From contig JBGCDH010000011.1 in assembly GCA_045105235.1 (NCBI GenBank), positions 141,992 through 205,991 on the forward strand: DNA of 64,000 nucleotides. Direction: 5' to 3'. The position numbers and the translations under genes were made by a program. Below the pieces are notes generated by a model. The model worked only from the letters and a program-made list of their open reading frames with translations, ran no database searches and had not been told where the DNA came from. Position 1 is the stretch's first letter. The number at the start of each line of letters is the position of its first letter. This stretch comes from Planctomycetota bacterium (lineage in GTDB: Bacteria; Planctomycetota; UBA1135; UBA2386). Positions 1 to 9,248 of the stretch are shown here, one piece after another.

Positions 1-1096
1 GGCCACGGCCGACGTCTTGGTCTTGCGCCGAAAGGTCGGCATCTACGCAGACGTTGCGCAGCACATCCAACCCCTCGACAACGTAGCCGAACACCACCTG
101 CGTGCCGTCCAGGTTGCCCTGATCGTCAACCGAGATCCAAATGCGATCGACGCATGACTTGCCGTCCTCACCCGGGCGACCCGAAACGGCGCCCTCGAAG
201 TGACTGAGACCCGTCGACTCATATTCAACCTGGTGCTCGCTCGGCTCGGTGGTCGTCCACTTGGTGCGATCGCTGTCCTTTGTCGACGCGAAACCAAAGT
301 GGAGGGAGTGAGCCTGCTTCTTGTTGTTGTCGCTCGCCCGCTGGACCATGTCGATGGCTACGTCCTTCCAGAACGCGCCTTCCTCTTGATTGGCCAGGGC
401 CAGGAACTCTTCGGTGTGCTTCGCAGCTTGCGGCATCAGCGCGATGACAAAGTCCCCGAAGGTACCGACGGTGAACTTGACCTTCGGAGCGTCGGCGGGA
501 ATTGCCGGCTTCTCAAAGCTGCTGGGCACGGCGAAACCGCGAGCCGCCGCGATTTGCTCGCGGAGCAGGGAGACGACGCTGCCGGCTTTCGGCGCGTGGA
601 AGGTCGGCCCGTTCGGCTGGTCTTCGTCGTCCGGATCGCGCTTGATCACGTCGCGGCCCTGCATCGGGAAGTCCGACTTGCTCACCAAGCTGTGCTTGGG
701 AAATCCAGTCTCGAGAGATGCGAGCGCGGCTTCCGCACGCGACCACTCCTTGTCGACCATCGCCTTGCGAGCTGTCGCCAGCAGGAGATACGGACGCTGC
801 TCGTCGGGAGCGCTTTTTGCGGCCTCTTCCAGCTTCGACAGGTCCGCAGTGCTGAGCGCGAAGGCGGCCGGATCACCCTCGTAAGCCTTTCTCAAGCCAA
901 GACTTGCGGCATACGACGCCCACTTCTCATCGACTTCCTTCTGCTGAAAATACTTCCATGCGTAATTGCCGACCAGCGCCAGCAGGATCGCACCGATGAC
1001 AACCAGAATGAGCGACTTGTAGCGATCCCAGAGAACCTCAAAGGGGCTCGGCGTCTGGGTGCCTTCGAGAGTGGTAGGGGGAGGAGTGGCGGACAT
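1..1096 (-). CDS. Membrane-anchored cyclophilin-like peptidyl-prolyl isomerase domain protein (3' end cut by window edge)
   Basis: Absent from the ORF track because there is no stop in the window. My translation of the minus strand from the ATG (complement of 1094-1096) gives MSATPPPTTLEGTQTPSPFEVLWDRYKSLILVVIGAILLALVGNYAWKYF... with one TM helix. Later come VKFTVGTFGDFVIALMPQAAKHTEEFLAL and NLDGTQVVFGYVVEGLDVLRNV. The last block matches the cyclophilin LDGkhvVFGkVveGmdvv signature. The FHRV-type block is degenerate. Confidence 0.6.
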   Translation of the reverse strand, partial: MSATPPPTTLEGTQTPSPFEVLWDRYKSLILVVIGAILLALVGNYAWKYFQQKEVDEKWASYAASLGLRKAYEGDPAAFALSTADLSKLEEAAKSAPDEQRPYLLLATARKAMVDKEWSRAEAALASLETGFPKHSLVSKSDFPMQGRDVIKRDPDDEDQPNGPTFHAPKAGSVVSLLREQIAAARGFAVPSSFEKPAIPADAPKVKFTVGTFGDFVIALMPQAAKHTEEFLALANQEEGAFWKDVAIDMVQRASDNNKKQAHSLHFGFASTKDSDRTKWTTTEPSEHQVEYESTGLSHFEGAVSGRPGEDGKSCVDRIWISVDDQGNLDGTQVVFGYVVEGLDVLRNVCVDADLSAQDQDVGRG

Positions 1097-1157
1097 TGGA
1101 ATGGGTCAGAAAGTCAGAAGCCGCGAGCCGCGGCGAAGCGGAAGGCAGCGAGCAGAA

Positions 1158-1568
1158 TCAGCGTCGGGTGTAGTCGGTCGCGTATTCGACGACCATCTGC
1201 GTGCGGCCGTCACGCCGGCTTAGCTGGTAGCTGGCCGAGTAGACGCCGCGCTCAAAACGCAGCTTGCGATCGGTATCGTCGACCAGTTCGTCGCCGACCA
1301 TCGTCCAGCTGTGCTGTGGCATGCGCTGCATCACGTAGGAAGCAGCGTCCGAGATCCGCATGCCGCCGGAGTAGATAAAGTGACCCTGCCGGTAGCTCGC
1401 ATCCTCGCGCGAGTAGCTCTCATGAGCGCGGTCTTGCAGGCGAAATCCAGCCGGCACGACGACGTCCTTGAACTGACGGGAATCCACGGCTGGAGGCTCA
1501 TAGGGGCCGTTCTGGCACGCAGCCGCCAGGCACAGGATGAGTGCGGTCGAAGTCGTCTTGGTGGTCAC
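1158..1568 (-). CDS. Small lipoprotein, function unknown
   Basis: 136-aa ORF with a signal peptide and lipobox (MTTKTTSTALILCLAAAC). Composition is protein-like. The overlapping plus-strand ORFs are Arg-rich artefacts. Confidence 0.6.
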   Translation of the reverse strand: MTTKTTSTALILCLAAACQNGPYEPPAVDSRQFKDVVVPAGFRLQDRAHESYSREDASYRQGHFIYSGGMRISDAASYVMQRMPQHSWTMVGDELVDDTDRKLRFERGVYSASYQLSRRDGRTQMVVEYATDYTRR

Positions 1569-2199
1569 AGCAATCCCCGCGATGACAGAATGCGTTCACG
1601 CGATCCAGCCGATGCCGAGAGCAGAACGTACCGCTCCCCGCGACCGGCTATGGTGCGAGTCCTCGAATTGAAGGGCGGGGGAGTGTAGCGAGCCGAAACT
1701 AAGCAGGCAACGCCACCGCACCACGGAGACCACCAGAGAGACACTGCGTGCCGACGAGCCGCTGCGGCCAGCATCCGACAGACTCATACGTTTCGGTCAG
1801 CCCTGCGGCATCCCTTGCTGCGCAATAGCGCGCCGCGGCAGGCAGGCAAACGTCCGCGCAGACGCTCCCCGAGTGGGCCGGGACCGGCTCAAAGTGGCCC
1901 CAGGCAGCTCTCTGTGCTCGGAACGAAACGCATAGGCGACCTCGCGCCGTCGCTGGCGTAGGCTGCTCGAGGCCGTGCGCCGAACCCGAGACCAGCTGCC
2001 GCCGCCGCACCTCTGGCGGCCCAAAGCGGAAATTGGAATCGCCAACCCTCGGCTAAAACTTCTCAACAAAACTTCGTGCGGGCTGCCAACGAGCACCGAA
2101 GGCTCGCCGTAGCGAACGATGCACGGGCCGACGTCTCACTGGCATCTTCGGCTCGACAGCTCAAACTGAAGGACTTCGCTCACCAACCCTGCACCCATC

Positions 2200-3570
2200 A
2201 TGAAAACCACGACCGGCATCACCGTAGCTCTCGCCCTGCTCGCCGCAGCGCCCGCCGACGCCACCGCGCAGAGCAAGTCCAAGCTCAAGAGAGAACTGCG
2301 CACGATGGAGAAGGCGGCCAAGAAGGACCCGGAAAAGCTGTTCGAAGCCGCCACGTGGGCCAGCGAGAAGGAGCTCGACAAGGACGCCAAGCGCATCCTT
2401 CAAAAGGTCCTGAAGATGGCCCCCGATCACGCGGAGGCCAACAAGCTTGCCGGCAACGTTCAGATCGAGGGCAAGTGGCTGCCCAAAGCCGAAGCCGACA
2501 AGCTGCGCGAAGCTGCCATGGAGGCAGAATACGCGGGCAAGGGCTACAAGAAGGTCGACGGCCTCTGGATCGAGCCGGAGCTGGTCGAAGACGCCAAGAA
2601 GGGCATCTTCCACCACGGCGACGAGATCGTCACCCGCGACGAGAAGCTCGCATTGATGACGGACAAGGCCCGTCACCCGATTACCGGCCGGATGATCGAC
2701 AAGAAGCAGCTCGACAAGGCCAAAGAGGGTTACTTCCAGGTCGCCGGCGGCAAGTGGGTCGATCGCAAGGAAGCGGACGAGTTCCACAGCTCCTTCGCCC
2801 GCCCGTGGGTGTTTCGCAGCTACAAGACGACCATCATGAGCACGCTGCCGCTCGAAGAGATCGAGAAGATCAAGGTGCACTCCGACGATGGTGTCGAAAC
2901 CGCCGCGCCGTTCTTCGGAGGCCGTGAGCTGCCGCCCGCCCTGCGCCCCGTCATCATGGTCGCCGCGACCCGCAGCGAATACACCGAGCTCGGACAGAGC
3001 CTCGGCGACGGCACCGATGTCGCCGGCGCGTTCTTGATCACCGAAGACGCCACGTTCTCGCTCAACGGCCGCGTTGTTCGCCCAGCCATTTGCGAAAACG
3101 AGAAGGACTGGGGCTCGCGCTACATTCGCCACGCCGCCGCGCTCGCCTATATCAACGCCATCGCCGAGGAGAGCGGTGCCGACCTGCCGCTCTGGTTTGT
3201 TCACGGCGTCGGCAGTCTCACGTCGCGCTTCCACAACGACGCCGATGCCGGCTGGTTTGGCAAGCAGCACATCGCCAAGGGCGGCGTCAGCGACATCCGA
3301 TCGTTCTTCAACGACTTCGAACTCAGCTCCGACCTGCAACCCAAGCAGATCGGCTTCAACCTCTACCAGGCGGGTCTACTGCTCAGCTACGCCACGCGCG
3401 GCGGCAACGAAGAAGCGACCAACGCCATGCTTGCCGTGACGGCGTCGCTGTCCGGCGAAGGCAAAGGCAGCGCCAGCAAGGCGATTTCCAAGCTCGAGAA
3501 GGTGCTCGCAGGCTGCAAGGACGGTGTCACCGAACACCTGAAGAAGCTGGTCGCCAAGTCGCCGCAATAG
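2200..3570 (+). CDS. Secreted protein of unknown function
   Basis: 456-aa ORF with a cleavable signal peptide (MKTTTGITVALALLAAAPADATAQ). It has a Lys/Glu-rich helical N-terminal half and a balanced composition. The antisense ORF 2161..3339 is Arg/Gly/Ala-rich noise. Confidence 0.7.
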   Translation: MKTTTGITVALALLAAAPADATAQSKSKLKRELRTMEKAAKKDPEKLFEAATWASEKELDKDAKRILQKVLKMAPDHAEANKLAGNVQIEGKWLPKAEADKLREAAMEAEYAGKGYKKVDGLWIEPELVEDAKKGIFHHGDEIVTRDEKLALMTDKARHPITGRMIDKKQLDKAKEGYFQVAGGKWVDRKEADEFHSSFARPWVFRSYKTTIMSTLPLEEIEKIKVHSDDGVETAAPFFGGRELPPALRPVIMVAATRSEYTELGQSLGDGTDVAGAFLITEDATFSLNGRVVRPAICENEKDWGSRYIRHAAALAYINAIAEESGADLPLWFVHGVGSLTSRFHNDADAGWFGKQHIAKGGVSDIRSFFNDFELSSDLQPKQIGFNLYQAGLLLSYATRGGNEEATNAMLAVTASLSGEGKGSASKAISKLEKVLAGCKDGVTEHLKKLVAKSPQ

Positions 3571-3886
3571 AAGCCCGGGCCGAGCCCAGCTGCGGCAAGC
3601 AAATCCTGGGCCAAATTGGCAGAGCAGCCTCACGCTGCAGCAGCCGGCCGCCACGGCCCCAACACGCGCACAAAAATAGGGCCAATTTCCCGGCCCATTT
3701 CGATCCCGCATCGCTCTTCAACCGCGCGCGCGCTCCCACGAGGCGCCCTAAGCACTTCACCCGCAGACAAATCCGTCGGCAGGTCTCGATACGGATTCGC
3801 GACAGGATCCAAACCTCCGTCGGCTACTTAGCAGGCCGACCAATCCGGTGTGGTTGCGACCACCCGTTTGACGAAACAGCAAACCC

Positions 3887-5764
3887 ATGAAATTGACCTC
3901 CCTTCGTTCTCTGACCGCCGTCGCTGCCTTGAGCGCGCCGATCGTCTTCAGTGCCTCCAGCACGGCCCAGGGCCTGATGCCCTACCTGCCCAAGAACACG
4001 ATCATGGCCGTCTCGGCTCCCGACCTATCGATGTCGATGGCCGAGTTCCAAAAGATGCCCCTCGCCAAGATGTGGGGGGAAGAGGAAGTGCAGACGTTCC
4101 TGGCCGACGTCCTCGACATGGCCAAGGAGCAAATGGATGAAGGCCTCGGCATGGCCCGCCAGATGCACGAGAACGGTCGACTTCCCGTTGACCCCGACGA
4201 GCTGATGAAGCTGCGCCTCAACGGCGGCACCTTCGCCGTGACGAACGTTGAGATGGTTCCCGGCCAGTGGGGACCCATGCCAAAGTTCGGGTTTGTCTTG
4301 CACCTCGATTTCGGTGAGTCGGCGCCAGCCTGGAACAAGCTGATCAAGATGGGCCTCGGCATGCTCGAGCAAGAGGCCGGCGACCAGGCCACCGTCAGTC
4401 GCCTCGCCGTCGGCGAGCTCGAACTGATGACCATGACACCGCCGAATAACCGCGAGGGCATGGAAATGGCGCTCAACGTTGCGATGGTCCCAAACGGGAT
4501 CGTGATCGGCACCCTGAAGGATGAGGTCCAGGGCGTGCTGACGGCCATGACGAGCAAAGAGAACATGCTCGCCGCGTCCGCCGGCTACCAAGCAGCAACG
4601 ACGCCGATCAGCCTGGCCGGCGCCGAAGCACAGGTCTACATGTCGCCGGATCCACTCGTCGACTTTGGCCTCAACGTCCTGCGTATGGCCAAGGAAGAAG
4701 AGCGCGAGCTTGAGATGGTCGACATCGACGGTGTGGAGCGTGCCCTGCAGGCCATGGGCATGCGCGACCTCGGCACGATGGGCATGGCCTCGAGCTACGA
4801 AGACGGCAAGTGCATCTCGAAGGGCTTCCACGCCAAGAAGATGAGCACCAGCGCCGGTGGCACGATCGACACCTCGTTCTTGAAGTGGGTCCCGAAGGAC
4901 GCCGTCAGCTTTGGCGCATCGACCATCGACGCCGCCAGCCTCTGGGACACGCTCGTCAAGGGCCTGCAGGCCTACGACCCCGACTTCGCCGAAAACGCGC
5001 TGGCTCAGGTCGGCAAGCTTGAAGCACAGCTCGGCTTCAGCATCCGCAAGGACCTGTTTGGCTCGCTCGGCGACCACTACATCAACTGGTCGATGCCCAT
5101 GGGCACGATCACGTCGGCGCCCGAAGTCGCCATGCTGATGAAGGTCACCAACGAAGAGAAGCTCGTCGACTCGCTGATGAAGATCTCGGCGATGACCAAC
5201 GGCATGGTGGAGATCGAGGAAGGCACCAAGCGCGGTCTGAAGGCCTACCAGATCATCATCAACTACGACCCGATGGACGGCATGGGCATGAACCCGTTCG
5301 ACATGCTGCAGCCAACCTTCTCGTTCAAGGATGGCTACATGGTGCTCGGCTTCTCGGCCAGCGACATCAAGCGCGTCTTCCGTCGCATGGACCGCGAAGA
5401 TGAGCCGAAGGGCGACATCCGCAGCAACAAGGAGTTCATGGCCGTCGCGCAAACGATCCCAGAAGGCGTCAGCAGCCTGAGCTTCACCGACTGGAAGGCC
5501 AACTTCGAGTCGCTCTACCAGGTCGCCACCGGCATGCTCGCATTCGTGCCGATGCCGGAAGACGTACCGATCGACATGGCGCTGCTGCCTGATTCGGAGA
5601 CCCTGACCAAGCACCTGTTTGCGGCCGTCAGCTACTCGAAGAACGGCGAAGCCGGCACCGAAACCGTTTCGGTCGGCCCATTCGGCCCCGAGACGTGGCT
5701 GATGATGGGCGCACTCGTCGGCGGCGCAGCTGGCGCTTCCGCCGCAATGGGTCGCGGCTTCTAA
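3887..5764 (+). CDS. Secreted/membrane-tethered protein of unknown function
   Basis: 625-aa ORF with a signal peptide (MKLTSLRSLTAVAALSAPIVFSASSTAQG). It is Met-rich and ends in a hydrophobic Gly/Ala-rich segment (WLMMGALVGGAAGASAAMGRGF). I recognise no family. Confidence 0.7.
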   Translation: MKLTSLRSLTAVAALSAPIVFSASSTAQGLMPYLPKNTIMAVSAPDLSMSMAEFQKMPLAKMWGEEEVQTFLADVLDMAKEQMDEGLGMARQMHENGRLPVDPDELMKLRLNGGTFAVTNVEMVPGQWGPMPKFGFVLHLDFGESAPAWNKLIKMGLGMLEQEAGDQATVSRLAVGELELMTMTPPNNREGMEMALNVAMVPNGIVIGTLKDEVQGVLTAMTSKENMLAASAGYQAATTPISLAGAEAQVYMSPDPLVDFGLNVLRMAKEEERELEMVDIDGVERALQAMGMRDLGTMGMASSYEDGKCISKGFHAKKMSTSAGGTIDTSFLKWVPKDAVSFGASTIDAASLWDTLVKGLQAYDPDFAENALAQVGKLEAQLGFSIRKDLFGSLGDHYINWSMPMGTITSAPEVAMLMKVTNEEKLVDSLMKISAMTNGMVEIEEGTKRGLKAYQIIINYDPMDGMGMNPFDMLQPTFSFKDGYMVLGFSASDIKRVFRRMDREDEPKGDIRSNKEFMAVAQTIPEGVSSLSFTDWKANFESLYQVATGMLAFVPMPEDVPIDMALLPDSETLTKHLFAAVSYSKNGEAGTETVSVGPFGPETWLMMGALVGGAAGASAAMGRGF

Positions 5765-5814
5765 ACACCGCTGCTACAGCCAGCAGGTAGCTCGCTCGAA
5801 GCTACCCGCTCGAA

Positions 5815-5848
5815 GCCGCCGGCCCTTGTGCCGGCGGCGTTCGGTTTT
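5815..5848 (+). terminator. Rho-independent terminator after CDS 3887..5764
   Basis: Perfect 9-bp stem gccgccggc (5815-5823) / gccggcggc (5830-5838) with loop ccttgt. It is followed by gttcggtttt, with the T-run at 5845-5848. It lies 51 nt after the TAA stop. Confidence 0.6.
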
Positions 5849-5944
5849 GGGCCCAAAGACCGACAGCTACGCGGTAGAGCCCGATGGCGACGCCCTGCCA
5901 GCACGCGCCAGCAGCCACGACGCAGGCGCCATGCCGCACACGCG

Positions 5945-7135
5945 TCAGTCGTCGATCGCGCAGGCGAGGTAGTCGCCACCAACCTGGTCGGCTAGCAGCA
6001 ACCCCTCGCCGACAAGCCTGATTCTCGAACCCTCGCGCGCGATCAGGCCCCGCCGTTCGTGATCCGCCACGACGGGTTCAAAACGTGCTTGGGCTGCGAA
6101 AGCACCAATGCGCGCGGACACAGCCGCAAAGTCAACGCCATCCGTGCGCCGCACGCCAAGCCATAGCGCTTCCGCGACGCGCTGCATTGGGTGAAGCGTC
6201 TCCGCTGACCCTGTGCACGTCGGGCTGTGCAACGCCGCGCTGGCCCATGCATCGAGAGGCTTCAGATTGGTCGAACGAAAGCCGCTGCGATGGCTGCTAG
6301 CTCCAGGACCAACACCGACATAGTCACCCTGAAGCCAGTAGTGGTCGTTGTGGCGACAAGGCCCACCGGAACCCGCAAAGTTGCTGACCTCGTAAGCCTG
6401 ATAGCCTGCTGCGAGCAAGCGCTCGCGCGTCCACTCAAACATGACGCGATCGCTTCGTTCGTCGTTCGGCGTGATGCGTCCCTGCTCGCGATCCCGCGTA
6501 AACCGAGTGCCCGGCTCAAACGTCAAGTTGTAGCAGGACAGGTGGTCCGGCCGCAGCGCCAGCGCGCGCTCGAGATCGCTCTGCCACTGCGGCAGCGTCT
6601 CGCCGGGAATCGCAAACATGAGGTCGAGGCTGACGTTGTCAAAGCCCGCCGCGCGAGCGGCAGCGAACGCACGTTCGGCAGCCGCCGCATCGTGCGCACG
6701 GTCGAGCGCCTGCAGGTATTCCGAGTGAAACGTCTGCACGCCAATGCTGACGCGGTTGACGCCGCCGGCACGCGCAATGCGGGCCTTCGCCTCGGTAAAG
6801 CTCTCGGGGTTGGCCTCGATCGTGACCTCCTCACATGCGTGCAGGTCGACAGATTCTCCGACGATGGCGAACAGACGTTCCAGCCGCCCCTCAGAAAGAA
6901 GGCTGGGCGTGCCGCCGCCGAAAAACACCGAATGCGGTCGCGTGCCGTGACGGAAGGCCGCTCTTCGCGCCAGCAGCTCCGCGGCCAGCGCATCGAGAAA
7001 TCGATCGTGCGCGACCTCATCGTCGACGACATACGAATTGAAGTCGCAGTAGCCGCACTTGACGACGCAAAACGGCACGTGAACGTAGAGCGTCAAGCCG
7101 CTGCCTGACGAGTCCGTCGGAAACGGTGACGGCAC
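5945..7135 (-). CDS. hemW: Radical SAM heme chaperone HemW / oxygen-independent coproporphyrinogen III oxidase-like protein
   Basis: Carries the radical-SAM motif LYVHVPFCVVKCGYCDFNSY (CxxxCxxC) and HemN/HemW-like downstream blocks (GGGTPS, VSIGVQ). The track ORF runs to 7315, but its first ~60 codons are Arg/His-rich. An in-frame GTG at 7135 gives a typical ~396-aa protein. The start is uncertain. Confidence 0.8.
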   Translation of the reverse strand: MPSPFPTDSSGSGLTLYVHVPFCVVKCGYCDFNSYVVDDEVAHDRFLDALAAELLARRAAFRHGTRPHSVFFGGGTPSLLSEGRLERLFAIVGESVDLHACEEVTIEANPESFTEAKARIARAGGVNRVSIGVQTFHSEYLQALDRAHDAAAAERAFAAARAAGFDNVSLDLMFAIPGETLPQWQSDLERALALRPDHLSCYNLTFEPGTRFTRDREQGRITPNDERSDRVMFEWTRERLLAAGYQAYEVSNFAGSGGPCRHNDHYWLQGDYVGVGPGASSHRSGFRSTNLKPLDAWASAALHSPTCTGSAETLHPMQRVAEALWLGVRRTDGVDFAAVSARIGAFAAQARFEPVVADHERRGLIAREGSRIRLVGEGLLLADQVGGDYLACAIDD

Positions 7136-7357
7136 TCGATGGCCAACGTCATTGTGGCTTCGGTCACGATGCCCTCGGGCATGGTCGGCTGGCAATGGCG
7201 GCTTGCTCACCGCACCAGTGTGCCCAGACCACGCGCGCCCGCCAGCCTTGCTACGACTGGCTCGCCGGATTCCGCACGAACAACGCACGTCGACCAGAGC
7301 CACCAGCACAGCCACTGGCTGACAGCCGCTGGCTCTGGCTCTGGCCGCGTCGCAGCA

Positions 7358-8224
7358 TCAGCCGCTCTTGGCGCGGCTCTTGCGCTTGCGCGTGCGTGGA
7401 GCGGGCGGCTCCTCCCCAAACTCGTGTGACATCACTTCGCCGAGCTGCTCAAGCGCTTGCTGCTCCATCTGCCGCACCCGCTCCCGCGTCAGCCCAAAGC
7501 GCTTGCCGATCGCCTTGAGCGTCATCGGTTCGCCACCGCCGAGCCCAAAGCGAAGCCGCAAGATGCGCGACTCTCTTTTGTCGAGCTTCTCCAGCAGTTC
7601 GTGCATGCGACTGATTTCCATCGCCTCGAGGATCTGCTCCTCGGGACCGCGGTTGCGGGTGTCTTCGATGACCTCCGCAAACACCGCACCGCCCTCGTCA
7701 TTCATCGAATGCATCGGCTGCGAGTTGGACTGGACCGTATCGCGCACAACGTCCCAGTTGTTCTCCGGCAGTTCGAGCTCCTCGGCAATCTCGCCGGTCG
7801 TCGCCTGCCGGCCGAGCCGGTAGTTGAGTTCCATCGCCGTCGCCTTCCAGCGGCTGACGATTTCAGACATGTAGCTTGGCACGCGCACCGTTTTCACGGT
7901 GTTGACGAGCGATCGTCGGATGCCCTGCTTGATCCACCAAGTTGCATAGGTCGAGAAGCGACAGCCGGCGTTGTGGTCGAACTTCTCGACCGCCTTCATC
8001 AGGCCGATGTTGCCTTCCTCAATCAGGTCCATGAACGACAGGCCGCGATTCACGTAGTTCTTCGCGATCGACACGACCAGGCGCAGATTGGCCCGGATCA
8101 TGTGTTCGCGCGCTTCGAGATCGCCGCGCTGAATGCGTTTGCTGAGCTGGATTTCCTCTTCCGGCGTCAACAACGACACTTCGTTGATGTCCGCGAGGTA
8201 TGTATCGAGACCGTGGTCCCGCAT
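7358..8224 (-). CDS. Sigma-70 family RNA polymerase sigma factor (RpoD/RpoS-like, regions 1.2-4.2, no region 1.1)
   Basis: Motifs present: DTYLADINEVSLLTPEEEIQLSKRI, LRLVVSIAKNY, DLIEEGNIGLMKAVEKFD, YATWWIKQGIRRSL, LKAIGKRFGLTRERVRQMEQQALEQL. The ATG at 8224 is preceded by a perfect SD (AAGGAGG, complement of 8231-8237). The protein has a basic C-terminal tail, PRTRKRKSRAKSG. Confidence 0.85.
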   Translation of the reverse strand: MRDHGLDTYLADINEVSLLTPEEEIQLSKRIQRGDLEAREHMIRANLRLVVSIAKNYVNRGLSFMDLIEEGNIGLMKAVEKFDHNAGCRFSTYATWWIKQGIRRSLVNTVKTVRVPSYMSEIVSRWKATAMELNYRLGRQATTGEIAEELELPENNWDVVRDTVQSNSQPMHSMNDEGGAVFAEVIEDTRNRGPEEQILEAMEISRMHELLEKLDKRESRILRLRFGLGGGEPMTLKAIGKRFGLTRERVRQMEQQALEQLGEVMSHEFGEEPPAPRTRKRKSRAKSG

Positions 8225-8535
8225 GGCAGTCCTCCTTGTGTGTGTGGCGGTGACTGCCCAGATATCGACCACTCACGGCGCGCCCTGCTGGCCTCGGCCA
8301 CGCGTCGTCGCGAATCGAGACACGCCCCACCCAACCCGCTGGACACAGGCACCAGAAGGCGTCCGCACACAAGCCCGCATCAAGACAGCGCGCGCTCCAT
8401 GCGCGGACGATCCAACGCCAGCGCCGAAGGCGCCCCCCTCGGGTTGTGCCGAGGCCCGTTGCGTTCCTCCCCGCGGTTGCTGCTCCGAGCCAACCCGAGG
8501 AAAAGACCGCTGTTTGAGAAGCTGCGAAGCAGCTT

Positions 8536-8763
8536 CTAAAACAGCGTATAGATGAACGGCGCGACGCCGGTTGCACCTAGCACGAGCAGGATGCCGAGCA
8601 GGCCGAAGACGACCAGGATGGGCGTGAGCCACCACATCTTGTTCTCGGCCATAAACATGACGAACTCGCTGACGATGCCGCGGTCGTCTTCCTGTGCGGC
8701 CTTCAGGAAGTCTTCGTTGGCATCGTCGCCGTCGGCAGCGTTCTTGTTCGCGGAATCGGTCAT
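8536..8763 (-). CDS. Small single-TM protein, SxtK-like (I recall the annotation DUF5989)
   Basis: 75 aa with an acidic N-terminus and one C-terminal TM helix (MWWLTPILVVFGLLGILLVLGATGVAPFIYTLF). It starts 7 nt after the SxtJ-like stop. Its position matches the third gene of a carbamoyltransferase triad. Confidence 0.65.
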   Translation of the reverse strand: MTDSANKNAADGDDANEDFLKAAQEDDRGIVSEFVMFMAENKMWWLTPILVVFGLLGILLVLGATGVAPFIYTLF

Positions 8764-8770
8764 GGCTGGA

Positions 8771-9196
8771 TCAGTATAGCTTGAAGTAGCTCTTAGGGTC
8801 GCGGCGGCCAGATCGCTCGTGCCAGTAGGTGCTGGCGCTCGGATCGAGCTTCTTGCCCAGCATGTCGCGCCCGGTCAAACGCAAGACCAGCGCGATCGGC
8901 GTGAGCACGAGGTAGTAGACAACGGCGATCAGCACGTGCGAGATCAGGAAGCCGATCGGCACGAAGACAACCGACAGCGCGACAAACAGCAGCTTGGACA
9001 GCTGCGGCAACCCGGCGAGAAACAGCACGAGCTGCAGCACGCCGACGCCAACAAAGGAAAGGAAGAGCGGGTGGTCCCAGCGGAACCCAACCGTCAACTT
9101 GAGTGCGGCGAAGGCCAGCAGGCCCATTCCGAGCACGGCGAACCACGCAAACTGGCGAACGATGCGTTCGTCTGGGTTCAGGTCGAGCTTGATCAT
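8771..9196 (-). CDS. SxtJ-like membrane protein
   Basis: An internal ATG at 9196 gives MIKLDLNPDERIVRQFAWFAVLGMGLLAFAAL..., with 3-4 TM helices and about 141 aa. The upstream 71 codons of the track ORF are Arg/Ser/Cys-rich junk. It lies immediately downstream of the carbamoyltransferase. Confidence 0.65.
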   Translation of the reverse strand: MIKLDLNPDERIVRQFAWFAVLGMGLLAFAALKLTVGFRWDHPLFLSFVGVGVLQLVLFLAGLPQLSKLLFVALSVVFVPIGFLISHVLIAVVYYLVLTPIALVLRLTGRDMLGKKLDPSASTYWHERSGRRDPKSYFKLY

Positions 9197-9248
9197 GGCG
9201 TAGGGATTCGGTCGTCGGGGCGTCGGTTGCGATGAGGCTTGCGCCGCA

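Noticed and set aside
1120..1134. Hairpin gccgcg-agc-cgcggc downstream of the lipoprotein gene as an intrinsic terminator
   Set aside because: It is only a 6-bp stem with an interrupted T-tract on the minus strand. It lies just 23 nt upstream of the next gene's ATG. It could equally be an intra-operon stabiliser, so I did not call it a feature.
200..1378. 392-aa plus-strand ORF (with nested ORFs 390..884, 513..746 and 682..876)
   Set aside because: It is Arg/Gly/Ala-rich with no motifs. It lies antisense to a clear minus-strand frame that encodes a TM helix and a cyclophilin-like domain. It is a typical high-GC shadow ORF.
1569..2199. Possible RNase P RNA, tmRNA, SRP RNA or tRNA in the long spacer
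   Set aside because: On neither strand did I find the conserved P4-type strings (GGAAAGUCCGGGC, ACAGAACCCGGCUUA), a tRNA-like GGUUCGA T-arm with CCA end, or an SRP GGAAG loop.
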